From the NCBI GenBank assembly GCA_963674695.2, contig CAXXGI010000002.1, positions 576,001 to 640,000 of the forward strand: a stretch of 64,000 nucleotides of DNA, in the 5' to 3' direction. The notes beneath the pieces are model-generated. The model had not been told where the DNA came from and did no database searches. It was given only the letters and a program-made list of their open reading frames with translations. A program made the position numbers and the translations under genes. The stretch is from a bacterium. Its GTDB lineage: Bacteria > UBA10199 > 2-02-FULL-44-16 > JAAZCA01. Positions 17,209-26,026 of the stretch are shown in pieces. Position 1 is the first letter of the stretch, and each line of letters starts with the position of its first letter.

Positions 17209-17358
17209 ACCCCTTCATGCGGATAGATATGTGCAGGGGATCTCTTCTTTCATCGCGATCGAAGCCTCTAATGCTGCGATGAAAGAAGAAAAAGCCGTCG
17301 AGGCGGCGTTTGAGCCGAGACGGCGGTCCCCGAAACATATCTATCCGCATGAAGGGGT
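17209..17358. repeat. Second copy of the 98-bp core (17235-17332) inside different perfect 24-bp inverted arms
   Basis: Arms ACCCCTTCATGCGGATAGATATGT and ACATATCTATCCGCATGAAGGGGT. Confidence 0.88.
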
Positions 17359-17422
17359 GAAGGAAGCGCGTGCAGATGCCGCATTCGTTTTCAAACGCGC
17401 ACGGCTGTGGTAAGGGATCGGT

Positions 17423-19126
17423 ATGGGCCACGTCATTCTGCGCGATCTGCTGATCATCCTCGCCGTTGCCGTCCCGTCGGTGCTCATCGCCCATCGGCTG
17501 CGCCTTCCCTCCATCGTGGGCTTTCTCATCACCGGTGCCATCATCGGCCCGAATGCGCTCGGCCTTATCCCCGACATCGCCGAGATTCGTCTGCTCGCCG
17601 AGGTGGGCGTGGCCCTCCTGCTCTTCTCCATCGGGCTCGAGTTCAGCTTCGATCGTCTGCGCGGGTGGGGGCATCAGGCCATCGGCATGGGGTCGCTGCA
17701 GATCCTTTTGACCATCGGCGCGGGTTTTGGCTTGGGATGGGTCTTCGGTCGATCGATGGCCGAGAGCCTCATCCTCGGCTGTGCCATTGCGCTCTCCTCG
17801 ACGGCGATCGTGCTCTCCATCCTCTCGCAGCGGCGCTGGTACGATTCGCCGGCGGGGCGTCTCTCCACGGGCATGCTGATTCTGCAGGATCTGGCGGTGG
17901 TGCCGATGATGGTGGGGCTCTCCATCGCTGGCGATGCAACCGTGATGAACACCGCCCAGACCGTGCAGATCGCAGCGCTCAAACTGGCGCTGTTGGCGGT
18001 GGTTTTTCTCCTGGCGCGATGGCTCCTCTCGCCGTTGCTGCGCTTCATCGCGCGCTCCGGCAGCAAGGAGCTCTTCGTCGTGGCCATCGTGATGATCGCC
18101 ATCGGCGCGGGCTATGCCTCCGATCGCGCGGGCATCTCGTTTGCCATCGGCGCCTTTCTCGCGGGGATCCTCGTCTCCACGACCGACTTTCGCTTTCAGG
18201 CGCTCTCGGAGATCGCCCCTTTTCGCTACTGTTTCAGCGGTCTCTTCTTCGTCGCGGTCGGCATGATCGTCGACCCCGTCTTCATGGTCCACAATGCGCT
18301 CTACGTCGGTGCGCTCATCGGCTTCATCCTGATCGTGAAGGCGCTGATCGTCGGCGGCTGCGTCGTCATCTTCGGCTATCCCTTGAGCGTGGCGACCATC
18401 GGGGGACTCATGCTCGCGCAGGTCGGAGAGTTCTCCTTTCTCTTCGTCTTTTCCGCGCGCATGTTGGGGCTTCTCAACGCCGAACTCTATCAGTTGATCG
18501 TTGCAGCTTCCGTCGTGACGATGCTGGTGGCGCCGCTGCTCATGTCGTTGGCACCAAAGCTGGGTGAGCGACTGGCGCACGTCAGTTGGCGTTGCCCGCG
18601 GTTTCGCAAACGCTTTCGCATCAGCGCGCCTGACGAGGAGGGGCGTCCCTCGGGGCATGCTATCATCTGCGGCTTTGGCACGTTGGGTATGACCATCGGG
18701 CATCTGCTTCGTGAACGAAGCATCGACTATGTTGTGCTCGAGCTCAACCCGACCACGGTCGAGCGCCTCCGCCGTAAGGGCGATCGCGTCTATTTCGGCG
18801 ATGGCGCCAGCTCGGAGCTTCTGCATCACAGCGGCATCGATCAGGCGCGGCTCTTGGCCATCGCTGTTCCCGATCAGCTCAACGCCCGTGCGATCGTCAC
18901 CCGCGCGCGGAAAATGAACCCCGACCTCTTCATCATCGTGCGCAGCCGCTATCGCAATCAGGTCGACAGCTTCTATGCGGTCGGGGCCGATGTCGTCGTC
19001 TGCGAGGAGTTGGAGGCGGGCATCGAGATGGGCCGCTATCTCCTGCAGGAGCTGGGTGTTGAGCCCGATGAGGTCCACCGCACGATCGATGCGATTCGCG
19101 CCTTCGGCAGCGCCGACTTTTTCTGA
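17423..19126 (+). CDS. CPA2/Kef-type cation:proton antiporter with TrkA-N domain
   Basis: AEVGVALLLFSIGLEF, ALSSTAIV, LILQD, AQVGEFSF, IICGFGTLG, VYFGDG. Confidence 0.93.
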   Translation: MGHVILRDLLIILAVAVPSVLIAHRLRLPSIVGFLITGAIIGPNALGLIPDIAEIRLLAEVGVALLLFSIGLEFSFDRLRGWGHQAIGMGSLQILLTIGAGFGLGWVFGRSMAESLILGCAIALSSTAIVLSILSQRRWYDSPAGRLSTGMLILQDLAVVPMMVGLSIAGDATVMNTAQTVQIAALKLALLAVVFLLARWLLSPLLRFIARSGSKELFVVAIVMIAIGAGYASDRAGISFAIGAFLAGILVSTTDFRFQALSEIAPFRYCFSGLFFVAVGMIVDPVFMVHNALYVGALIGFILIVKALIVGGCVVIFGYPLSVATIGGLMLAQVGEFSFLFVFSARMLGLLNAELYQLIVAASVVTMLVAPLLMSLAPKLGERLAHVSWRCPRFRKRFRISAPDEEGRPSGHAIICGFGTLGMTIGHLLRERSIDYVVLELNPTTVERLRRKGDRVYFGDGASSELLHHSGIDQARLLAIAVPDQLNARAIVTRARKMNPDLFIIVRSRYRNQVDSFYAVGADVVVCEELEAGIEMGRYLLQELGVEPDEVHRTIDAIRAFGSADFF

Positions 19127-19272
19127 TGGTTCGTTTGCACTTTAACATATTGATATATATGGAATTATTGACTTTTGAGAGGCATTTTTTGTCATCAGGA
19201 GGGGTTATAGGAGTAATTTGCAGTTATAACAAGATCTCGGTATAAGTAGATATAACTTAGTAGAGTCATTAA

Positions 19273-19866
19273 CTTCCCCTCGTTCTTGTTGGGGCCGGTT
19301 TGCCCATACTCACCAGGCTTGCCGGTGAATCGAAATCATACGCGGAGCGGCTCTTTGATTTTCCGACGATCGGACCGCTTTTCTTGCCCGATGTGCGAAA
19401 GGCGTTGCGGGATCCCGTGAGAAAGGCCGATGTTGATTTTACCAATGATGCCATCGATGAAATCGTCCGTATGACGGAGGGGTATCCATATTTTATTCAG
19501 GAGTGGGGCTATCAGTCATGGAACCATGCGGAACGATCGCCCATTACTCTCGAGGATGTTCAGTGTGCGACGGAAAAAGTTATCAATCGTCTCGATGCCA
19601 ATTTTTTTCGAGTTCGCTTCGACCGCTTGACGCCGCGTGAGAAAGAATATCTGTGTGCTATGGCCCATCTTGGTCCAAACGCTCACCGTGCGGGCGACAT
19701 CGCCACCGTGCTTGGTGTCAAGGTCAACAGCTTGGACCCAATTCGCGCGAGATTGATCAATAAAGGGATGGTTTACAGTCCGAGGTACGGCGAGTTGGCC
19801 TTTACCGTTCCCCTCTTCGATGATTTTATGCAACGCGCCATGCCGAAGTTTGCATCCCATCCATAG
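19273..19866 (+). pseudogene. C-terminal remnant of an AAA-family ATP-binding protein with winged helix
   Basis: LPLVLVGAGLP...SYAERLF...TEGYPYFIQEWG...FFRVRFDRLT...FTVPLF; an in-frame TAA lies directly before it and no Walker A/B is present. Confidence 0.7.
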
Positions 19867-19906
19867 AACTTTCCTGGAATCGCATGGTTTTCATCAAATG
19901 ACCGAT

Positions 19907-20009
19907 GGGCATCTCTAAAAACCTGTCTTTTGGTTGTCACCCCCGCCTGCCCTGACCTTACCCCATGCGGGAATGACAAAACCAAAAAAAGCAGTTTTTA
20001 GAGGTACCC
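19907..20009. repeat. GGGCAYCTCTAAAAAC-arm element enclosing a degenerate REP core
   Basis: Arms at 19907-19922 and 19994-20009 (14/16); TGTCACCCCCGC...GCGGGAATGACA inside. Confidence 0.75.
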
Positions 20010-20235
20010 CGATGAGATTGAAACTTCTTCATTTAATCATTTTGAAGCAGCGATCGAAGGAAAATGAGGGAGATTATCTTTTCCACCTCATCGCACACTT
20101 TGTTCGCTCGCTCGAACTTCACTTTCTGAAGCGAGTATGGTTGTGAGTGGAAGTCCAAACGCTTTACACCCTTTCATTCGTGATGCTATCCCTCGGCTTC
20201 ATCTGCAGTCAAACCACTCTTTTAAGGAGGCCGGA

Positions 20236-21492
20236 ATGACGATCGACAAGCACAATCCCTTTCAGATCGCCCAGCAGCAGCTCGATGAAGCCGCAAAGCT
20301 CTTGGGCATGGATCCCGGAACGCATGCGGCGCTTCGCGAACCGATGCGCGAGCTGCATGTCTCTCTGCCCGTCAAGATGGACAATGGCGAGACGCGCGTC
20401 TTCAAGGGATTTCGCGTACAGTATAACGATGCCCGCGGACCGACCAAGGGGGGCTTGCGCTTTCACCCGGAGGAGACCATCGATACGGTGCGCGCGCTCG
20501 CGGCCTGGATGACCTGGAAGTGCGCGGTCGTCGACATTCCGCTGGGCGGCGGCAAGGGTGGCATCATCTGCAACCCGAAGGAGATGAGCCCGAATGAGCT
20601 TGAGCGTTTGTCGCGTCAATACATCCGTCAGGTCGGTCGCATGATCGGGCCGGAGAAGGATTGCCCCGCGCCGGACGTCTATACCACGCCGCAGATCATG
20701 GCCTGGATGATGGATGAGTATTACTGGCAGAAGGGGTACAACGTGCCGGGCGTGATCACGGGAAAACCGCTTCCGGTCGGTGGTTCGAAGGGGCGCAACG
20801 ATGCGACCGCGCGAGGCGGTGTCTACTGCGTGCGCGAGGCGGCCCGTGCGCTGAAGATCGATGCCGCAAACGCGACCTATGCGGTCCAGGGGTTCGGTAA
20901 TGCCGGGCAGTATGCGGCGACGCTGATGAATGAGATTCTCGGTGCCAAGAAGTTGCTCGCCGTCTCCGATTCGCGCGGCGGTGTCTTCAACCCCGAGGGG
21001 ATCGATGCCGAGCAGATCGTGAAGTACAAGCTCGAGACCGGAAAGGTCGAGGGCTTTCCCGGGACCAAGCCGATCACGAACGAAGAGCTCTTGGAGCTCA
21101 ACGTCGACATCCTCTTTCCGGCGGCGCTCGAGAACTGCATCACCGAAAAAAACGCGGGCAACATTCGCGCGAAGATCATCGCGGAGTTGGCCAATGGTCC
21201 GACCACCCCGGATGCCGATCGCATCCTGCACGAGAAGGGCATCTACGTCATTCCGGATTTCTTGTGCAACGCCGGTGGCGTGACCGTCTCCTATTTCGAG
21301 ATGGTGCAGAACAACACGAACTTCTACTGGGAGTTGCCCGAAGTGCATCAGCGTCTCGACGAGAAGATGACCTCGGCCTTCACGGCGGTGCACGAGATGC
21401 GCGAGAAGCAAAAGGTGCACACCCGGGTCGCGGCCTACCTCGTTGCGATCCAGCGCGTGGCCGAGGCGATGAAGCTGCGCGGGTGGGTGTAG
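20236..21492 (+). CDS. gdhA: Glu/Leu/Phe/Val dehydrogenase (glutamate dehydrogenase)
   Basis: [62 protein letters not shown]; SD AAGGAGG. Confidence 0.95.
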   Translation: MTIDKHNPFQIAQQQLDEAAKLLGMDPGTHAALREPMRELHVSLPVKMDNGETRVFKGFRVQYNDARGPTKGGLRFHPEETIDTVRALAAWMTWKCAVVDIPLGGGKGGIICNPKEMSPNELERLSRQYIRQVGRMIGPEKDCPAPDVYTTPQIMAWMMDEYYWQKGYNVPGVITGKPLPVGGSKGRNDATARGGVYCVREAARALKIDAANATYAVQGFGNAGQYAATLMNEILGAKKLLAVSDSRGGVFNPEGIDAEQIVKYKLETGKVEGFPGTKPITNEELLELNVDILFPAALENCITEKNAGNIRAKIIAELANGPTTPDADRILHEKGIYVIPDFLCNAGGVTVSYFEMVQNNTNFYWELPEVHQRLDEKMTSAFTAVHEMREKQKVHTRVAAYLVAIQRVAEAMKLRGWV

Positions 21493-21527
21493 GCCAGTCA
21501 GGCCAGTCAGGCGAGACAGATAGAGAT

Positions 21528-21598
21528 TGTCATTCCCGCGAAAGCGGGAATCTCGCTTTTGCTGATACATCGAGATCCCCGCTTTCGCGGGGATGACA
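21528..21598. repeat. REP-like TGTCATTCCCGCGAAAGCGGGAATC element
   Basis: Canonical copy ending GCTTTCGCGGGGATGACA. Confidence 0.92.
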
Positions 21599-21620
21599 AT
21601 CAAGGGTTGTCAGTAATCTG

Positions 21621-21652
21621 GCGGGCGGGGCGAAAACCCCGCCCGCTTTTTT
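21621..21652 (+). terminator. Intrinsic terminator after gdhA
   Basis: GCGGGCGGGG-CGAAAA-CCCCGCCCGC followed by T6. Confidence 0.85.
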
Positions 21653-21718
21653 CTCTTCGAGCGGTGTCATCCTCGTAACCCTATGAAATAACTAAAATAA
21701 AAACCTGCAAAATAGAAC

Positions 21719-21745
21719 GCAACATTTTCGCTCATCGGACGAGAA
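21719..21745 (+). promoter_or_regulatory. sigma28-like promoter GCAAC-N15-ACGAGAA
   Basis: Same geometry as the other sites; 64 nt upstream of ATG 21809. Confidence 0.6.
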
Positions 21746-21808
21746 CCCTTATGGACATTTTGACATTGCCATCGGGCCTCCCTGCGGGGGCTCCAAGGAG
21801 GGTTCCTC

Positions 21809-23581
21809 ATGAGTGGGATAAGTTGCATGTCGAGCGATGTGCGTGAAGCGGGTGCCGGTTTTGGGGTCAGCGGTCTCGATGCTGATTCCTTTGAAGTGCT
21901 CAAACAGTTTTGGCTGAAATCCTATTTTTCCAGCAATAGCGAGGCCGCCGCCGATATCGACGAGTGGGATTGCCTCTCCTCGAACGATCCGAACGATTTT
22001 TCGCGCGTCACCTTCGACGACATCTGTCACGAGGATACGTTTTTCACCTCGGTTGATCGCACATTCGCCAATCAGTCCTATGACAGCGCCGATGGATTGG
22101 ACGACGGCTCCGAGCAGAAAAAAATCTTCGACGGGCTCACTGAGGTCAAGGCGGACCGCTGGTTTCCGACGACGGTCTATTACTTCGGCGCCCTGCGCGA
22201 CATGGCCACCATGCGCGACCTGGTGATCGAGAAGGGAAAGAATGCCGGGAGCAAAGAGACGGTCGCCAAAATTTCGGATGAGGAAAAGCGCGACGCCGCA
22301 GCCAGGGCCCTCGATCGCAAGGAGGCAGTCGAGAAATATACGGCAGCGATGATGACCTCGTTTCAAAAACATGCGGGCGGACCGAATCCGTGGGATGGGA
22401 TGCGGGAACTCATCGAATCGATCGCTCCGCGTTCGCTGAATCGTGGACCGATGTCTACGGCGAGTAACGCGCTCAATGCAGGAAACAAGCCCTTCAGCGA
22501 TGTGCTCGAAGCGGCCTGGGCGTTCAACAAAGCCGACACGATGGGGCTCACTACCATCCTGCTCGCGCGCGAGGCGGAAGCGGATCTGCGCGCGGCCATC
22601 GATGCCTTCTTCTGTAAATCGCCCGCGTCGATCGCCGCCTTCGAGGAGGAGCGTGCGCGCCTGATCGGGTATGTGCTTGCCGCGGAAGAACGTTTCATCA
22701 GTGTAATCGATCAGCATGGGGCGAATGCCGTCGGCAAAATCGAGCTCTTCGCCGAAATGGCGCGCATGATCGAGCGCGAGACGACGCTCACGCGCGTCTG
22801 CGACGGCTCCAATCGCCTGGCAAAAACGCTGCGCCGCAAGCTCAATGCCGTCGCCAAACCTCTGAAAACCAAGATCGCGACGATTCGTCAGGACGATTCG
22901 TTCGACCTGAATACGGTGAAGGGGCATCTGAGCGCGGCGCGCAATCTTCTCTCCGGGCACATCACCCCAGCGGGCACCGTGCGCGCGAACCTGAATGCGC
23001 GGCAGCGGGCAATCGCGGAAGCGCTCGTGCAGATGATCGAGACGATGGATCGGGGGCTGGGGATCTTCGGCCTCGAGTGCAAGCCGTGGGCATATCCGAA
23101 CGCCGACTATACGAAGTGCATCATCACCGAGGGCAGCTGTGCCAAGGTCGATGCCGTTCTCGAGGGGGGGAAATGCGTCTGCCCGCCGGGGAAGGGTTGG
23201 AGCAGCGACGATCCGGAAACGGCCACCTGCATTCCAACAAAGGAGGCCTGCTTCGAGGCCGAGATGGGATGGGATGCCTCGGCCAAGGTCTGTATCGATT
23301 GCGCCTCGGTAAACAAGGTCTTCCGAAAGAACAAGGGATGCGTCGATCGGTCTGTGAAAAAAACAACGAAGCCAAGGGGAGGGGCGAAGAAGAAGGCGGA
23401 TGCCCCACCGCCGCCGCCGCAGGATGATGCCCCGAAGCCCAAGAAGTGTGTGAAGCCCAAGACCGCCACCGCCGGCGAGCGCTTTGGATTCTCCCCCAAG
23501 GAGAGCGAGGCCTACAAGGGCAAGCAGGTCGAGTATCGCAAGTGCCTGAAGCACAATCGGAGCCTGAAGCAACAGCAATAA
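21809..23581 (+). CDS. Orphan protein: helical core, Cys-rich EGF-like C-terminal region, Pro/Lys tail (paralog A)
   Basis: SD AAGGAGG; motifs shared with 23969..25603; CVCPPGKGW, CIDC. Confidence 0.82.
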   Translation: MSGISCMSSDVREAGAGFGVSGLDADSFEVLKQFWLKSYFSSNSEAAADIDEWDCLSSNDPNDFSRVTFDDICHEDTFFTSVDRTFANQSYDSADGLDDGSEQKKIFDGLTEVKADRWFPTTVYYFGALRDMATMRDLVIEKGKNAGSKETVAKISDEEKRDAAARALDRKEAVEKYTAAMMTSFQKHAGGPNPWDGMRELIESIAPRSLNRGPMSTASNALNAGNKPFSDVLEAAWAFNKADTMGLTTILLAREAEADLRAAIDAFFCKSPASIAAFEEERARLIGYVLAAEERFISVIDQHGANAVGKIELFAEMARMIERETTLTRVCDGSNRLAKTLRRKLNAVAKPLKTKIATIRQDDSFDLNTVKGHLSAARNLLSGHITPAGTVRANLNARQRAIAEALVQMIETMDRGLGIFGLECKPWAYPNADYTKCIITEGSCAKVDAVLEGGKCVCPPGKGWSSDDPETATCIPTKEACFEAEMGWDASAKVCIDCASVNKVFRKNKGCVDRSVKKTTKPRGGAKKKADAPPPPPQDDAPKPKKCVKPKTATAGERFGFSPKESEAYKGKQVEYRKCLKHNRSLKQQQ

Positions 23582-23706
23582 GATGATGATTGAAGTCGAA
23601 TCGACGTTGCGGGATGGATCGAGCCTCTTCGATCCATCCCGTTTTCTATTCCAGGGCGTCTCCTCATTTGACTGCAACCTCCTCAAACAAAAGAAGACTT
23701 GATTGT

Positions 23707-23777
23707 TGTCATCCCCGCGAACGCGGGGATCTCGATCTGTTGTGTAAAGCGAGATTCCCGTTTTCACGGGAATGACA
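23707..23777. repeat. REP-like TGTCATCCCCGC...GGGAATGACA element
   Basis: Read directly; lies between the paralog pair. Confidence 0.9.
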
Positions 23778-23877
23778 CCTTAGAGACTGAGGATATGCCA
23801 TAACCCGCTCATTTTTCACCGCAAAATAGAAATGTCCCTAACTACCTGAAATAACTTGTAAATTCCCCAAAAAGTGC

Positions 23878-23904
23878 GCAACAAATGGCAGCCGATACCG
23901 ATAA
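23878..23904 (+). promoter_or_regulatory. sigma28-like promoter GCAAC-N15-CCGATAA
   Basis: Exact consensus, 65 nt upstream of ATG 23969. Confidence 0.75.
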
Positions 23905-23968
23905 GACAGGTGGAAGGGCACGGGCGCTGCCGGTCGGCGGTGTTTCTCTATCATCAAGGAGGGGTTCA

Positions 23969-25603
23969 ATGGGTGGTCCCAATAGTTGCAAGTCAGCGGA
24001 TGTTCCTGCCGCATTTTCTGTTCCCGGTTTGCGCTACGAGAGCTTCGAGGCGCTCAAGGAATATGGCATCCTCAAGGATGCGGGCAAATGGGAGTGCGCG
24101 GTTTCGAACGATCCCGATGCGCCTCGTTCGGTTTCGTTCGATGACATCTGTTCCAATGACCAGGACTTTTTCTTTCCTAATCTGAATCGCGGTTTCAAGG
24201 ACGCCGCCGGAGTGGGGCATGGCTACGATACCAGCGACAGCACGGGCGAGGGCGAGGCGCAGAAGAAGGTGTACACTGCGCTCAACGGTCTCGGTGCCTC
24301 GAAGTGGTTCGCCGATACGACCTATTATTTCGGCGCGATGCGCGGCGTGTCGAATTCATCGGAGTACGGGGCGAAGATGGGGGCCGAGCTCAAGGCGAGC
24401 ACCGGCTACCGTTGGGACGGCATGCTCGAGCTGATCGAGACGATCGGGACGAACATATTGCCGTTTAAAACGTTGAACGTTGCGCTGAATTCACCCACCA
24501 AAACCGATTTCGACGATGTCGTCCGCGCCGCCTGGAACTTCAATCAGGCCAATGTGGACAACCTCTATTCGAGCGTGCGCTATGTGCGCGCGGTGGAAAA
24601 ACTCGAGGATGACCTGAGGGCGTTCACGTCGAGCTCTATGGATCTGGATGCATTCGAGTCGAGCCGGGCGCGCATCCTCGAGGATCTCGAGCAGGTCGAA
24701 CAGGCCTACCTCTCGGTTGTGGCACGTGCGAGTTTGTCTCAAGACGGGATGGGAGCGACGATCGAGAATTTCCGAGAAAGGATCGAAAATATGTCATCCA
24801 CATCCGGTGTTCGTGGACAGGTGGACGGACGAGCCTTGCAGAATAGGGTTGATATCATGAAGGAGTTTTCGGCGATCTGCATCGAGAAGGTGAAGGAAGC
24901 GAAGACCGATATCGCTGCGGTGAAGGGGAGTCTTACGACAGCTCAAAATTATCTCGAAGGGAATGATGCGATCACCCCGAAGATCGGAGCCTCCGGGACG
25001 GTCCTCGTTCAAATGGATCCGGAGCAGGAACACATCATGAAGGCGCTCCACAGGATGCTCGACCTTTTCGAGGGCGGACTCGATCGCTTCGAGGGGATCC
25101 AGTGCGAGAAGCCGTGGGAAGAGGCGAAGGGTAAGCAATGTGTTGCCACAGATACCAGCTGCGCCAGAATCGGTGCGGTGCTCGAAGAGGGTGCGTGTGT
25201 CTGTGTCGCGCCGAAGGTGATGACCGGTTCCGGAAACGACAAAAACTGTGCCTTTACCAAAGAAAGCTGCTTCGCCGCGAAAAAGGGTTGGGATGCCGGC
25301 ACCAGTACCTGCATCGATTGCAACCCGCAGACGCAGAAATTCAAAACGAATGTCGGCTGTGTCAATAAACAGACGCAGCCGCCCGATGCAGGCACCAGCA
25401 GGACGCAGCGGAACAATCCGCCGCCACTGCCGGAGCAGGAAGATTCCGCTGATGATACGCCGCCTCCTCCCCCGCAACCGGAGGATTGTGGTGACAGGCC
25501 ACCGAAGCCGACGGCGTCGGAAAGGTTTTCCAGCGATTCCGCCGATAAGGCGAAGGTCAAAAAGTTCAATGCGTACATGAAGTGCAAGCGCAACAATCGA
25601 TGA
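23969..25603 (+). CDS. Orphan protein: helical core, Cys-rich EGF-like C-terminal region, Pro-rich tail (paralog B)
   Basis: Start reassigned to MGGPNSC behind AAGGAGG; shares FDDIC, YYFGAxR, WDGMxELIE and the Cys spacing with paralog A. Confidence 0.82.
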   Translation: MGGPNSCKSADVPAAFSVPGLRYESFEALKEYGILKDAGKWECAVSNDPDAPRSVSFDDICSNDQDFFFPNLNRGFKDAAGVGHGYDTSDSTGEGEAQKKVYTALNGLGASKWFADTTYYFGAMRGVSNSSEYGAKMGAELKASTGYRWDGMLELIETIGTNILPFKTLNVALNSPTKTDFDDVVRAAWNFNQANVDNLYSSVRYVRAVEKLEDDLRAFTSSSMDLDAFESSRARILEDLEQVEQAYLSVVARASLSQDGMGATIENFRERIENMSSTSGVRGQVDGRALQNRVDIMKEFSAICIEKVKEAKTDIAAVKGSLTTAQNYLEGNDAITPKIGASGTVLVQMDPEQEHIMKALHRMLDLFEGGLDRFEGIQCEKPWEEAKGKQCVATDTSCARIGAVLEEGACVCVAPKVMTGSGNDKNCAFTKESCFAAKKGWDAGTSTCIDCNPQTQKFKTNVGCVNKQTQPPDAGTSRTQRNNPPPLPEQEDSADDTPPPPPQPEDCGDRPPKPTASERFSSDSADKAKVKKFNAYMKCKRNNR

Positions 25604-25627
25604 TGGTGGATGAATGAATGCTCTGTG

Positions 25628-25664
25628 CGGGCGGATCGGTTCTCCGATCCGCCCGTTGCTTTTT
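25628..25664 (+). terminator. Intrinsic terminator
   Basis: CGGGCGGATCGG-TTCT-CCGATCCGCCCG followed by TTGCTTTTT. Confidence 0.75.
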
Positions 25665-25688
25665 CCCCTCCATTGAACAGCGGACAAG

Positions 25689-25910
25689 GTCGCCGCGAGG
25701 GGAAATCATGTGCATCTTCACAGGTGAAGCTTGTTCCAGACGCACATGATTTCCCCTCACGGCGACATGAGGCATTGAAGGTGGGGGTCAAAAAGCGGGC
25801 GAAGATCGTCGTGGGGTTGAAGGTCAAATGCGGGTCGCCTTCCGGGGAGAGAAAAAACCCTTTTTCCGATGAAGCTGTAAAAAGGGGTTTTTCTCTCCCC
25901 TCGCGGCGAC
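25689..25910. repeat. GGGGAAATCATGTGC-core palindromic element with an appended second hairpin
   Basis: 24/25 inverted repeat spanning 25689-25766; extra arm CCCCTCGCGGCGAC at 25897-25910; core recurs at 58270-58370. Confidence 0.8.
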
Positions 25911-25924
25911 GCAAAGTATTTTCT

Positions 25925-26022
25925 GATCACGGATCACGATGTGCGGTTCACCGTTCACCGTTTACCGTTCACCGTTTACAGTTCACCGTTTACAGTTCAC
26001 CGCTCACCGTCTACGGTTCACG
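25925..26022 (+). repeat. Degenerate heptamer tandem array (CCGTTCA/CAGTTCA-like)
   Basis: ccgttca ccgttta ccgttca ccgttta cagttca ccgttta cagttca ccgctca ccgtcta cggttca, directly before hemW. Confidence 0.85.
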
Positions 26023-26026
26023 ACAC

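Noticed and set aside
15859-17358. Integron cassette (attC) or CRISPR interpretation of the twin 98-bp repeats
   Set aside because: No RYYYAAC/GTTRRRY ends, no integrase or cas genes, and only two copies separated by a gene.
25925-26022. CRISPR-like array
   Set aside because: Units are 7 bp with no unique spacers.
25610-26026. N-terminal extensions in the ORF track for hemW (also gdhA, the RNA methyltransferase, the gamma subunit, mtgA, 14099..15139, 59187..60509, 62508..63494)
   Set aside because: They translate repeats, promoters or neighbouring genes; family homology and SD sites begin at the downstream starts used.
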